Part shown: positions 8,895 through 19,051 of the stretch, one piece after another
Numbering within the stretch: position 1 is the stretch's first letter
Layout: every line of letters starts with the position of its first letter
IMG/VR virus record: IMGVR_UViG_3300027994_000010
Span: 1-39,411 of that record
Reading direction: 5' to 3' (one strand)
Origin: a virus
Lineage: Duplodnaviria > Caudoviricetes
Length of the DNA stretch: 39,411 nucleotides
The notes under the pieces: generated by a model
Told to the model about the DNA's origin: nothing
Database searches by the model: none
The model's input: only the letters and a program-made list of their open reading frames with translations
Made by a program: the position numbers and the translations under genes

Positions 8895-9544
8895 GGATTT
8901 GTTCGCATGTTTTCTGACACACTAAGTTTTGACGCGCTAAAATGGTAAGTTGGCGCGTTGTTATATGTTCCAACCAACCTATACCCTTTCGGCAGCATCT
9001 CCAAAACTTTCTCCATTGGTTCAAAAGTCTCAACAAACAACTCTGGAAAGTCTCGTTCAATAACAGGCATCGCGCCTTTCAAGACCTCAAATTCGAATCC
9101 CTCTACATCAATCTTGATCAAAGCCACACTTGCAGAAATATCCCCGACAATCTCCAATTTTGTTTTGCCCTTGCTTTTGGTTATGCTATTCTTACCGCTG
9201 CCGTTCTTGCTTTCCTTTACTGTACAATAACCTTTCTTTGCCCCAACTGCGCAGTTGAATAACCTAACCACATTGCCCGGATTATTATTTACGTTTTGCT
9301 CAAGTATTGCAAACGTGCTAGGTGTTGGCTCATAAGCCCAAACCTCATCGGCTTGGCAATGGTTTGAAAAGAATATCGTGTGGTTTCCGACGTGAGCTCC
9401 GATGTCAAGCCAAACGCCTTTCCTATACGGAAGTTTCTGGATATTGGTAAGCATCCATTGCTCATAAAAAGGTTCATTGTACAAATCCATTTCCGCTACT
9501 TGCGCAGGATCGGTGAAGATTATGTTGTTTCTTATTAATTCCAT
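8891..9544 (-). CDS. FkbM-family SAM-dependent methyltransferase
   Basis: LDIGAHVGNHT, AYEP, NCAVG, LIKIDVEGFEFEVLKGA motifs. Confidence 0.9.
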   Translation of the reverse strand: MELIRNNIIFTDPAQVAEMDLYNEPFYEQWMLTNIQKLPYRKGVWLDIGAHVGNHTIFFSNHCQADEVWAYEPTPSTFAILEQNVNNNPGNVVRLFNCAVGAKKGYCTVKESKNGSGKNSITKSKGKTKLEIVGDISASVALIKIDVEGFEFEVLKGAMPVIERDFPELFVETFEPMEKVLEMLPKGYRLVGTYNNAPTYHFSASKLSVSENMRTNP

Positions 9545-9723
9545 TATTTTTTAATTTTAGGATTGGCAGACGGAGGCGGTAAGACTTGGCGTCTTTTTAT
9601 ATTAGCATCCGAACCGCAGTTTGTACATTTATAAAATTTTACTCGAATGTTTTTCTTGGCCCCGTTACAGTAGTTAATTTTAGCATTACAACAGTCGCTT
9701 AGCCTTTCTACTTGTGTTTCCAT
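9544..9723 (-). CDS. Small zinc-ribbon-like protein (59 aa; not in track)
   Basis: METQVERLSDCCNAKINYC...YKCTNCGSDA...; TAATG coupling to the FkbM start; fills the gap exactly. Confidence 0.6.
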   Translation of the reverse strand: METQVERLSDCCNAKINYCNGAKKNIRVKFYKCTNCGSDANIKRRQVLPPPSANPKIKK

Positions 9724-11111
9724 ATCGCTTTTTTATTATTCAATTCCTCGTGTTTGAATTTGGTGTTGATTGCTTCACCGTGAACCAAGACATCATTGTA
9801 ATGCTTATGCGCCACATAATTGAATATTGCCATGTCAGTACTGTATCGAAGCCCAACAGTTTTTGTCTTATGAAGCCCCGCCCATATATCAATAAGCGGC
9901 TCTATTACATCCGAGCAACCGCCAACCAATCCGCAGTTAATCAATATTTCGTTCTTGTGACGCAAGATTATTTGACGGTAATCGGGTATATTTGAAATGA
10001 AACGTTCCTGCGTCTTGCGCATCCAACTGTTGTCGGTAATCATTCCGATTTCGTCCCCGCAATACAGTTTGCCTTTTTCAAGTATCTTGAACGGCTCTTT
10101 CAGCAAAACAACATCCGTACTGTCAACCATCCAGCACTTATCAAAATCATTTCGCTGCATCCATTCCTGATATACAATCCATCTGTAGACATTCGGGCTG
10201 TGCGTCTTGCTTGGCAATGATTTTTCAAATTTTATGTATTCGCTGTTCACGCTATCGACAAAACAGTCACTGAAAACAATAAGGTGCTGTTTGTGTTTGA
10301 TGCAGGATTTTATTAACGGCATCAGTTCCTCAATCTGCGCCTGCCAGCGTTTTCCCCGTTGCGGGTCTGCCGTGTAATTGAAGTAACTTGTAAGGATTAC
10401 GTTCTTGTGCTTAATCTTTGGGATTGGTTTGTACGGAATAAATTCCTTGCTTCGTTGCGATTGGTTGTAAAGTTTAATATTCTCGCGAACGTACGTGCTT
10501 CTTAATGCGCCAACGCTTGAAGTTATTGTTGAGTGGTAGTCGTGAGAGTAGAATAAAGAAAGGCTATTCGGCACATCCATAAATTTGCAATCTGTCAATC
10601 CTGCATTGTGAATCCTTACCGAAAGGTCAACGTGTTCATATCCGTAAACCTTATAAAGCGGATTAAATCCACCAACAACTTCAAGACATTTCTTTGTAAA
10701 GAATAACATGCATCCACATGGGTTATTGAATACAGTCAAATACCCCATATCCATAACTATCTTATTCCCATTTTGCCTGCCGTTAGCCAGCCTATCGAAA
10801 GTAAAAGACAAATGATTCGCCTCCGACTCAATATACGGCAGCTCCCAACCATCAACAACCGGGTAACAATCATCATCAAAGAGAAATATATAATCGCAGT
10901 CCTCAAGAAGTTCAAAACACTTGTTCTTGGCTTGCGCAATACCAACGTTGACGTTGAACCTGAAATCGGAACCCTCAAAAGGAATCTTGCTTGCATCATC
11001 TACAACTACAATCTTTGCGTCAGTTGGTGCGTGCTTTCGTATTTGCTCAAGTGTGTGCTTTGCGGTTTCGTTTCGGTTGTGAGTGGTCAAGCCGATTCCC
11101 AAACTAAACAT
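9708..11111 (-). CDS. Two-domain glycosyltransferase (N-terminal GT2, second GT-A-like domain)
   Basis: TTHNR, VVVDDAS, GIAQAKN, FLFDDD, YGYEHVD; second domain DPQR...WMVDSTDV...INCGLVGG. Confidence 0.85.
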   Translation of the reverse strand: MFSLGIGLTTHNRNETAKHTLEQIRKHAPTDAKIVVVDDASKIPFEGSDFRFNVNVGIAQAKNKCFELLEDCDYIFLFDDDCYPVVDGWELPYIESEANHLSFTFDRLANGRQNGNKIVMDMGYLTVFNNPCGCMLFFTKKCLEVVGGFNPLYKVYGYEHVDLSVRIHNAGLTDCKFMDVPNSLSLFYSHDYHSTITSSVGALRSTYVRENIKLYNQSQRSKEFIPYKPIPKIKHKNVILTSYFNYTADPQRGKRWQAQIEELMPLIKSCIKHKQHLIVFSDCFVDSVNSEYIKFEKSLPSKTHSPNVYRWIVYQEWMQRNDFDKCWMVDSTDVVLLKEPFKILEKGKLYCGDEIGMITDNSWMRKTQERFISNIPDYRQIILRHKNEILINCGLVGGCSDVIEPLIDIWAGLHKTKTVGLRYSTDMAIFNYVAHKHYNDVLVHGEAINTKFKHEELNNKKAIWKHK

Positions 11112-11313
11112 TTCTAGGTTTTTTTAAGTTACGAATCAATGCAAGCGTAAGGCATACAAAAATGAAAAATATAAAAATAAATATTGGAATCCATAAAAAG
11201 GATGTTACCCATGTCCACGACCATTCAATTAATGAAAATATTTTTAAAATAGACAATATAAAAGTTGTTATAAATAACCCCCCGATTAGTTTTCCTATTA
11301 TATTAGTTTCCAT
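11104..11313 (-). CDS. Small AT-rich two-TM membrane protein
   Basis: Hydrophobic, LK...IEWSWTWV...LWIP motif common in phage membrane proteins. Confidence 0.65.
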   Translation of the reverse strand: METNIIGKLIGGLFITTFILSILKIFSLIEWSWTWVTSFLWIPIFIFIFFIFVCLTLALIRNLKKPRNV

Positions 11314-11387
11314 AATAAAAAGTAAACCCCCAATGTCACGACAACAAAGGAGGCTATATTAAGTTAGTGTCGTGAACAACAAATATA
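11314..11387 (-). promoter_or_regulatory. Promoter plus kissing-loop/pseudoknot leader, copy 1
   Basis: TATATTTG; loop TCACGACA (11375-11368) complementary to TGTCGTGA in the loop of AGCCTCCTTTG/CATTGGGGGTT; U-tract. Confidence 0.6.
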
Positions 11388-11392
11388 ATAAT

Positions 11393-11620
11393 TTAAATCG
11401 ATTTATTCATATCTTTTATGCAATCCATTACAGTCCAAATGCTCACGCCCATTATTTCTGCAGTCTGCTGGTATTTGTCCATTTTGCTTTTGCAGGTCAA
11501 ACCGTTGAAGTAAATGTATATTTGGAACGATCGGAGTACCGTCATGGGAATATGCCCCGTCTTCTTCAAGACAGTTATAACATTCTTGTTTTCCTCTATG
11601 AACTCGCCTACTGTTGCCAT
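11393..11620 (-). CDS. Small HTH DNA-binding protein
   Basis: QQTAEIMGVSIWTV helix-turn-helix-like C-terminus. Confidence 0.55.
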   Translation of the reverse strand: MATVGEFIEENKNVITVLKKTGHIPMTVLRSFQIYIYFNGLTCKSKMDKYQQTAEIMGVSIWTVMDCIKDMNKSI

Positions 11621-11892
11621 TTGCTACATTTTTTAATATCCTGTCTTGTCTTGTATGATAGTTCGCATCCGCATTTTCCGCATGCCATTTCCGATAGTTC
11701 GGGAACGCGTGTTTCTTCTATCCTTAAAAATGGTATCGGTTCTTTCCTGAAATAACGGCATCCTCCGCAAATTGTTGCTCGCTGCTTTGCCAACTGTTCA
11801 AACTCATCGGTTGGGTTTTCAAAGTTACGCTTTCCCTCGAAATAAGGCTCTGTGCCGTCGGCTATTAATGTCTTTATCTTAGAACTTAGCAT
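11608..11892 (-). CDS. Zinc-binding hypothetical protein (CxxC...CxxCxC...C..W)
   Basis: Cys pattern; ATG 11892 overlaps the TMP end (track start 11925 less likely). Confidence 0.6.
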   Translation of the reverse strand: MLSSKIKTLIADGTEPYFEGKRNFENPTDEFEQLAKQRATICGGCRYFRKEPIPFLRIEETRVPELSEMACGKCGCELSYKTRQDIKKCSKWQQ

Positions 11893-14800
11893 CTGCCATA
11901 ATTTGACGGTTATCCGATAAGTCAACTATTCCTTTTGCTGCGCCCTCTGCAGTTCCTAGTGCCGCACCAGTCCGTACCGCGTTGGCTATTGCCTCTGCCA
12001 TCTGGGAATTGTCGGCACGTTGTGAGATATTGTTCTGTAAAATCTGTGATGTATTGCCATCTATACCGACACCGCCGCCTGCCTGATTAATCTGGCTAAG
12101 CAATTGCGGGAACATCTGGGTAGCGCGTGCGGTTATGATGCTTTCCCCTGCCGAAACGTTTGCATCAAGGCTGTCGGAAGTTCCGCTACCGATTCCTGCA
12201 AGTCTGATAACACCGCTTGCATACTTCGGACGTGGCGCACCGCCCTCAACAGTTGCAGGTTTAACCGCAAGTATCTTCTTGACGTTTGCAAGACCTGCGG
12301 CAACAGCTCCAGCCGCAGCGACTACACCAAGCGCTATACCTACGGGACCCGGTATTGCTTCTGTCATTCCAGTAAACGCCGCCTGTGCGCCTCTGTAAGT
12401 TTCTACTGTTGTTTGAGCAACACCAGCAGCTTTCCCAGCGGCTGACTCCTTGCCTAAGATACTTGCTATTGTTCCAAAGGTAGTTTGTGCTAATTCAAGT
12501 TTATTATCTGTTACCGTGCGCTCAATTAGTTTCTTTTTCTTAGCCTCGTTTTCTTCGAACTTAATCATATCTGCTCCATTAGCTACGGCAATTGCTTTTC
12601 TTTGGTCGTACTCTCGTTGGTATTGCTCCATTTGCAATTGAAGACTGTACTCAAAAGCCTCTGCGTTTAACTCTGATTGTATTGCAACATCAATAGCTTC
12701 TTTTTCTTTCTTTGCATCCTTTCGTTCCTGTTCTGCGGCTTCATTTGCCACGCGTTGGTTTTCATCAATCTGTGCAATGGCTAGGTTGTATTCCTCGATT
12801 CCTATCAAACCAGCGGCGAATCGTTGTGTCTGCAAGTTTGATTCTTCCTCAGCAAGTCGATTGATACGATCCAAATCCTGACGATACAACTCCTCATTAT
12901 AGAATTGGTTCTCCTCAATGCGTCTTTGGTTATGTAAACGGAATAGCTCCAATTCAATCTCACCGTTGGCAATGACGGCTTCGGTCTGTCTTGAAAGGAA
13001 CTCATTTGTAATCTCAATCTTTTCCAATTCAAACTCACGAAGTGTCAGTTTCTTTGCATCGTACTCAGCCTGTGCGATTGCGATTTCCTGCTTCATCACT
13101 TCCTCGCTGAACTTCAATTGCTCCTCAAGTGATTTCTTTTTATCGCCTTGTGATGCGATATAAATATCAAGCTCGGTCTGCATCGCCTTGATTGCAGCCT
13201 CCTGTTGTTTCTTGACCAATGCAATCTGTTCATCTCTAGCTTTCTTCGCTGCGTCCTGACGTTCCTTTTCCAATCCGGATAACACTCGAGAATACTCCAA
13301 ACGTTTCTCCAAACCTTTATCCTCCGCGTCGTCAATCTTTACAAGTAAATCTATCTCTTCCTGCTTGTCTGCATTGGTCAGGTTCTGTATGCCTTTTATC
13401 TGCTGCTGTACTTTAAGTCTTTGCAGCTCAAGTTCCAGTATCTTTGCCTCTGCCTGACCGTTTGCCTCAGCGATTGCGATGTTTTCCTTAGCTGCGGCTG
13501 CACGTTCACGGAAGCTTTTTGAAGTGTCCTTAATGATAAGGTTGTTTTTATCCAATGCATCACCAACTGCAACCTGTGCCGCGTTGAAAGCAAGCTGAGA
13601 GGCTTCCATTTGCTTGGTAATCCGGTCAACTTCCGCCCCTAGTTTGGCCTGTTCGACCAAGAATTTGTTGGCCTCTGCCGCGCCAGCCTGTACCTTGTCG
13701 ATTACATTCTCAACACCTGACGCTGCCTGAGCTGCACCGTTCAATACTTTCTTGAAGTCCAAATCCATTATACCTTCAAGTATTACGCCGAACGCCTTGA
13801 ATCTGTTAATAAGGTTATTCTTTACGAAGTCACCCAAATCGGATAACGCCTTCTTTGGATTCTCGAATGTTTCAATTAGTGTACGCCCAAGATTACTTAA
13901 CAATCCCAATAATCCTTGGAATATTGCCTGCAATGGTCGGGTAATGGCGGTAAGTTTTCCGATACCGTCCTGAGCTGTTGTCAAATAAGCTATAAATGAA
14001 CCTAATACAACTACAATTGCACCTATTCCTGTACTTATCAACGCTACTTTAAATAATTTTAAAGCGGTAGATGAAGCGTTTGTTGCTATAACCCCAGCCT
14101 CAGTTGCTGCTGTCTGGGCATTCTGGGCGGCGGTAGCGGTTGTTGTGGCTGTGGCTGTAGCTATCTCTAGTTCCGCCTGAGTTGCCAATCCTTGATTCAT
14201 TTTAAACCCTATGGCTATTCTTGCCTCTTCCGCAACTTTTGCCTGTTCGGTTGTTTGCGTGGCTATTTTAGTTAATGAATTAAAATCCTCCTGTGCTTTT
14301 CTAGCCTCGGACAATCCAGAGTAAAAATCCTTATATGCATTTTTGACTTCTGAAATGCTTTCATTTACAGATTTAAAGCCTATCGCCGCACGCTGAAAGG
14401 GTGCCGGTAGATTATCCAATACCGAACCGAATAGTTTAGATTCGGTTATTGCCTTTTTAATTGACTCGGTGTAGTTTCCTATATTTAATTTTTGCTTTGC
14501 GGACTCGCTTGAATTGGCTTTTATATAGTCAGTATTCTTATCAATCTGCGCATTAACTAGCTTTAATAGTTCGGCTTCCTCTTTTATGGATGGATTCAAT
14601 TGATTAGAAATCCTGTTCAGTTCAATATTTGCTGCTTTTGCTTGGTTCTTATTGTTTATCTCCCTTCCCAATGCTGCATTCCCTGCCTCAATCAAAGTAG
14701 TCTGCTTTGCTTGGCTGGTCATGTAAGCGTTAAGTTCCTTATTGGTTGCAGTCAACTCAGTACGTACACGAGCCATTGAATTTGCCGTATTCTGCTGGTT

Positions 14801-15070
14801 CTTGTATAGCTGCTGTTCCGATTTGGACAAGTCCTGCAACAGTTTGTCGTTCTCCTTGTATTCGTCAGAAAGTTCCTGACCAGAAGCTGCCAAACGCAAC
14901 TGCTCCTTAACCAATGCCTCGGTTGCCTTCTTCACTTCCTTGCTGTGGTTCACGTATCCTTCCTGCTCCTTGCGAAGTGCAAACATAGTGTCCTGCAATG
15001 AACTAAGGCTAGCCTGCAGCTTGTCAACATCAAACTCGAATGTCGCTATATTTATTACCTCTTCTGCCAT
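11879..15070 (-). CDS. Tail tape measure protein
   Basis: 1063 aa, helical/coiled-coil; NIGNY, ALISTGIGAIVVVLG, and C-terminal YASG..G.GSGTSDS..ANVSAGE motifs. Confidence 0.85.
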   Translation of the reverse strand: MAEEVINIATFEFDVDKLQASLSSLQDTMFALRKEQEGYVNHSKEVKKATEALVKEQLRLAASGQELSDEYKENDKLLQDLSKSEQQLYKNQQNTANSMARVRTELTATNKELNAYMTSQAKQTTLIEAGNAALGREINNKNQAKAANIELNRISNQLNPSIKEEAELLKLVNAQIDKNTDYIKANSSESAKQKLNIGNYTESIKKAITESKLFGSVLDNLPAPFQRAAIGFKSVNESISEVKNAYKDFYSGLSEARKAQEDFNSLTKIATQTTEQAKVAEEARIAIGFKMNQGLATQAELEIATATATTTATAAQNAQTAATEAGVIATNASSTALKLFKVALISTGIGAIVVVLGSFIAYLTTAQDGIGKLTAITRPLQAIFQGLLGLLSNLGRTLIETFENPKKALSDLGDFVKNNLINRFKAFGVILEGIMDLDFKKVLNGAAQAASGVENVIDKVQAGAAEANKFLVEQAKLGAEVDRITKQMEASQLAFNAAQVAVGDALDKNNLIIKDTSKSFRERAAAAKENIAIAEANGQAEAKILELELQRLKVQQQIKGIQNLTNADKQEEIDLLVKIDDAEDKGLEKRLEYSRVLSGLEKERQDAAKKARDEQIALVKKQQEAAIKAMQTELDIYIASQGDKKKSLEEQLKFSEEVMKQEIAIAQAEYDAKKLTLREFELEKIEITNEFLSRQTEAVIANGEIELELFRLHNQRRIEENQFYNEELYRQDLDRINRLAEEESNLQTQRFAAGLIGIEEYNLAIAQIDENQRVANEAAEQERKDAKKEKEAIDVAIQSELNAEAFEYSLQLQMEQYQREYDQRKAIAVANGADMIKFEENEAKKKKLIERTVTDNKLELAQTTFGTIASILGKESAAGKAAGVAQTTVETYRGAQAAFTGMTEAIPGPVGIALGVVAAAGAVAAGLANVKKILAVKPATVEGGAPRPKYASGVIRLAGIGSGTSDSLDANVSAGESIITARATQMFPQLLSQINQAGGGVGIDGNTSQILQNNISQRADNSQMAEAIANAVRTGAALGTAEGAAKGIVDLSDNRQIMADAKF

Positions 15071-15072
15071 GC

Positions 15073-17361
15073 CTATTCTAAATTAGCGGTTAGTGTTTTT
15101 ACCGTGCCCGATCCTTGGTCTGCCGTAGTGAATATTACATCAGGTCCATAATAAATATTCTGCCTTGTCTCGGTTCCGTTGGTGGTTTGTATATCGAAAC
15201 TATTCAATACGGGCTCGGTTTCATAATTCTCGAAAGGAATAACCGCGTAGAACCTTACATATACATCATTGGCAAGTATAGATGATATTTCGCACTCCAC
15301 GCCGTTTATGATTACAGTTGTTCCTTCTGGGATTATGTCATTGTAGCCTGCGACTATCGGAATCCTGAACCTTACCGCATATCCGCTTACCGCATCAACC
15401 TGAATGGCTATGTCTCCCAGAGGAACCTCAGGTATCTTGCCAATCCTCACAAACTCACCTGATGCCAATTGTCCTGACTGGTAGGTTAATTTATTGAGCA
15501 TATAATACTGCGCCTCCTGACTGAAATAAACTGGCTTTGTCAGATCCGCTTGATAGAAATCAAGCAATCCCATTGCCAAATCAATGTCATGTACCTTGAA
15601 ATAATTGATAACGTCCATATACCTTGCATACCTTGCGGGCACAATCTGGTTATAGGTTGTTCCTGTGGTATCCGCATACGGAACCTGCGTTACCGTATCG
15701 CTTCCTGATACAGCCTCAGACATAAGCAGCCATTCGGAAACCTCTGACATCCTGTATTTCATGAAGTAGAAACGCTGGTTAAGCCCCTTATATTCAATGC
15801 CGATATTTCCGTCGCCGTCCTCCTTTGTTTCACGCTCCCAAATCTTGAATTTGTACGTATTGAAGGATTCAACCCCGTCAGAATCGTTAAATGTGGTGCG
15901 TAGCTGCTCAGGCGCAAAGGTTATGGATTCTATCAGTTTCTTTTCGGAAGGCGCATTGGCATCAGAAACAGTCAGGAATCCATTAAGGGACTTATCATCA
16001 GGGTCGTTATACTTATGTGAAAATATATTCTTCTGCGCAAAGCCGCTGTCATATTTCTCACCGTTCCTTTCAACATACATTTCGCTCCAATCCTGTGCAT
16101 CTGAAAAATCAAGTCTCTGCTCTAGCGTCTTGAACGTCATGCTCTTGTTTACCACGTCCAGTATCGGTGTGGTGCTTGTGAACCATAAACATTCCTTGAA
16201 AAAGTCACTTACCTTGAAGTCCTTGAATGCATCGGCAAGGATAATATCTCCCTGATTGGTCTTGTAAATCTTGAATTCGGCTGAATTGTGGTGTATTTCC
16301 CTTATAACTCTTCCGTCCCTGAAATACAGTGCAAGTATCCTTATATCTATTATATCTCCCTGATTGCAAAATATGCTTACCGAGCCTGTTGCTGGATTTA
16401 ACGGGTCAGAATCAAACGCCAGCGCGGGGTTTCCGTTCCTTAATATTTCAATCCTCATTGATTTTGCAACCGGACTGACGTAAGCCCCGAATGAGGTCCT
16501 TATAAAATACTGTCCATAAGTCTCAATCGATAAATCGAACCTGTATGCATAGTCGGCAGGTATTACATATTTCCAGTTTGATACAAGGCTGCCCTGATCC
16601 ACATCGGACGAATCCCAGAAATATTGCGACGAAGGCGATACGAATCCTCCTGCATCAGGTGTTGGATTGTAAAGCGTGTAATTCGCCTTTGTGAGCGTTG
16701 CTATAAGCTCAGATGTCACGTTGTCCGCTGGTGGCTTTGGGTATGTGATGTATAAATCGTCGAGTTCTTCGGTGTTTGTCCTGTCCGATGTAAACCCGAA
16801 TGTTTCTATCACAAGGTCAAGCAGTTTACCCATATTGAAGCACGGCACCAGATAATCAATATTAATTGCCGTATCACCCAATACCGTCCCGAAGTTCTTG
16901 CCGTTGTAATCGGCTATGATGTATTTATAATATTCGTTGTCGAATGATGCTATTACCGTGTCTATTGTCTTCTCATGGTCAAATTGTGTCAGGTTAACAT
17001 CCGTGCCCATAGTCTTGTTCTCAATCGACTTGAAAAAATCAATCATACCGTTGATGATGCTAACCTTGTATTCGGATGTTGTCTCCCTTACCCTTAGCCA
17101 TCCTGATTTTACAACAGGCAGTCCATCATCCTTTAAATCAGAAGGGATTTTGGAATAAGGAACCCTTGACGTATCTCCAGTTATTCCGAGCTGCGAAAGA
17201 ATCTGTGTATTGCCTGGTGTCTTTGGAATGGTGAATGAGTTGGTGTATGAATTGCTCACCGCCGCTATATCAAATATATCGGCAATCTGTCGCGTGTATT
17301 TAATGTCGTTGCCTTTGTCTATAAGTTCCAGTGATTCGCCGTTTGCGGTTAACTCTACCAT
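15073..17361 (-). CDS. Tail tip/baseplate-hub-like minor tail protein
   Basis: YTRQIADIFDI...SYTNSFTIPKTP.N N-terminus typical of Bacteroidota siphophage tail proteins; adjacent to TMP. Confidence 0.6.
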   Translation of the reverse strand: MVELTANGESLELIDKGNDIKYTRQIADIFDIAAVSNSYTNSFTIPKTPGNTQILSQLGITGDTSRVPYSKIPSDLKDDGLPVVKSGWLRVRETTSEYKVSIINGMIDFFKSIENKTMGTDVNLTQFDHEKTIDTVIASFDNEYYKYIIADYNGKNFGTVLGDTAINIDYLVPCFNMGKLLDLVIETFGFTSDRTNTEELDDLYITYPKPPADNVTSELIATLTKANYTLYNPTPDAGGFVSPSSQYFWDSSDVDQGSLVSNWKYVIPADYAYRFDLSIETYGQYFIRTSFGAYVSPVAKSMRIEILRNGNPALAFDSDPLNPATGSVSIFCNQGDIIDIRILALYFRDGRVIREIHHNSAEFKIYKTNQGDIILADAFKDFKVSDFFKECLWFTSTTPILDVVNKSMTFKTLEQRLDFSDAQDWSEMYVERNGEKYDSGFAQKNIFSHKYNDPDDKSLNGFLTVSDANAPSEKKLIESITFAPEQLRTTFNDSDGVESFNTYKFKIWERETKEDGDGNIGIEYKGLNQRFYFMKYRMSEVSEWLLMSEAVSGSDTVTQVPYADTTGTTYNQIVPARYARYMDVINYFKVHDIDLAMGLLDFYQADLTKPVYFSQEAQYYMLNKLTYQSGQLASGEFVRIGKIPEVPLGDIAIQVDAVSGYAVRFRIPIVAGYNDIIPEGTTVIINGVECEISSILANDVYVRFYAVIPFENYETEPVLNSFDIQTTNGTETRQNIYYGPDVIFTTADQGSGTVKTLTANLE

Positions 17362-18581
17362 AGCAAATCTGGTTTAAACCTGAATGAATAATCAACTGTA
17401 AGGCTTACCGAATAGCTTCTTTTAATGTTATCAACCTCAACGCTGTTCTTTGCCACACTCACGCGGACAAAGTCATTCGTGTTTGCCTTGCATTCCCAGA
17501 CATCAGGACTTACAATCAGGTCGTTTATAAGCGAAATATAATCCTTTGGTACCTTGCTGTAAATTTTCAGTTTTGAATCTGCGTCGCTTCCCAGATCCTC
17601 CAATATATTGTTTCGTATGAATGTTCCCTGTGGTGTATTTGTTTCGGCAATCGAATGGCTCTCGAACAGCCAGCTGGAATAACCCCCATACTGATTCATG
17701 AACTTAAGGTAAACCTCATTGCATCCCTTGCTTCTCCTGTAATCCTTCATATCTTCTGGTACGAAAGCAACCAGTGTTTTCCTGATCAGCCCGTCATCAG
17801 CAATGTAATATGATGCGGTAGGATAAATATCCCACACGGGAAGCAGGTAGGTTGGCCTGCATATTGAATTGACTGGCAATGTCTGGTTTGTGTCATTGGT
17901 CCTGTTGCCGCCCCTTATGAATGTCCTGACCAGATCCAAATCCGGATTGCCTGCCGAAGATACAGATATGCTGAACTTATTTGAGTTATCCGTTGGCAGG
18001 TTGTTGGTTACGTATCCCCTTGCGTCTGATGGATACTGGAACATCGACTTCAATACAGGTGAAATGTTAAGCCTTGCCCTGCCTGATGGCGATGGGTATA
18101 TGGTTATAGTCACTGATGATTTCTGCGTTCGGGTATTTGTAAATACCAAATCAAATCTTACAGATGGTGTATTTGATCCTACCTCAATCCATATTTCGTT
18201 GTTTATCAAATACCTGTCAGATTCCAATCCCGAAACTGATATGGTCGGAGTCTGCAACTGTACGTCTGCGAAACTTCCGGTAACGAATGATGTGAACCCT
18301 GAATAATCCCCGTCTGCCATTACAGAAACAGTCACCACATTATTCAGGACCGTTACATTAAAATTATCCCCGTAATCCGTAATGAATGCCGTTGCATAAT
18401 TTAATGCAGTATCATTTATTGTTGAACCGATTGTCACTTCGGCAGACGTGGATCTTAAAGTCTTGAAGGTTTCGTTTATATTGGTTGTTCCGCCACCAAC
18501 AGCATTGCTTACAACAAGCCTGAGCAAATCGTTTTCTACTGGTATATCGTTGAATGTAACCCTTGCTACGGTAGCTGCCAT
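17355..18581 (-). CDS. Minor tail (distal-tail-like) protein
   Basis: LKFMNQYGGYSSWLF and LIVSPDV motifs; synteny. Confidence 0.5.
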   Translation of the reverse strand: MAATVARVTFNDIPVENDLLRLVVSNAVGGGTTNINETFKTLRSTSAEVTIGSTINDTALNYATAFITDYGDNFNVTVLNNVVTVSVMADGDYSGFTSFVTGSFADVQLQTPTISVSGLESDRYLINNEIWIEVGSNTPSVRFDLVFTNTRTQKSSVTITIYPSPSGRARLNISPVLKSMFQYPSDARGYVTNNLPTDNSNKFSISVSSAGNPDLDLVRTFIRGGNRTNDTNQTLPVNSICRPTYLLPVWDIYPTASYYIADDGLIRKTLVAFVPEDMKDYRRSKGCNEVYLKFMNQYGGYSSWLFESHSIAETNTPQGTFIRNNILEDLGSDADSKLKIYSKVPKDYISLINDLIVSPDVWECKANTNDFVRVSVAKNSVEVDNIKRSYSVSLTVDYSFRFKPDLLW

Positions 18582-18583
18582 TG

Positions 18584-19051
18584 TTATGCGGTTATTAATG
18601 TTTGTCTGGTTATGCGCAATATCTCTGACCTCACTTGGCCTGCCATATCATTCTTTATTTCATTGTAAACGTACTGTGTTACCTCTGGGCTTTGCAGTAC
18701 CTCCAATAGATCCGTTCCGCTTGGGTAATAGTTAGTGCCCTCCTTTTCAATCTTGTTGGCTACAGCGAATGCCGCGCTTACCGCCTGCTGTCCAGATAAT
18801 CCGAACTTATGACCTACCCATGCAACGAGTGGGGTTATTGGCGGTCTTTTGCCTGGCGAGCGACCGTTGACCAAGTAGTAAGTATAATCCATCCCCCATA
18901 TCTCGCCACGCGAACCGTTTACCCTAGCCTCCAAGGACGCCAACCACTTACCCGAAGCGTTCATGCCCAATGAAATAAATTTGGGCTTTAGGAATTTTTC
19001 AATGACACCCTGCATGGTTTGTTGGATTATTTCGGGGTTGGGTTGTATCAT
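18584..19051 (-). CDS. Putative neck/tail-completion protein
   Basis: NASGKWLASL...YLVNGRSPGKRPP...AFAVANKIEKEGT pattern of phage virion morphogenesis proteins. Confidence 0.55.
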   Translation of the reverse strand: MIQPNPEIIQQTMQGVIEKFLKPKFISLGMNASGKWLASLEARVNGSRGEIWGMDYTYYLVNGRSPGKRPPITPLVAWVGHKFGLSGQQAVSAAFAVANKIEKEGTNYYPSGTDLLEVLQSPEVTQYVYNEIKNDMAGQVRSEILRITRQTLITA

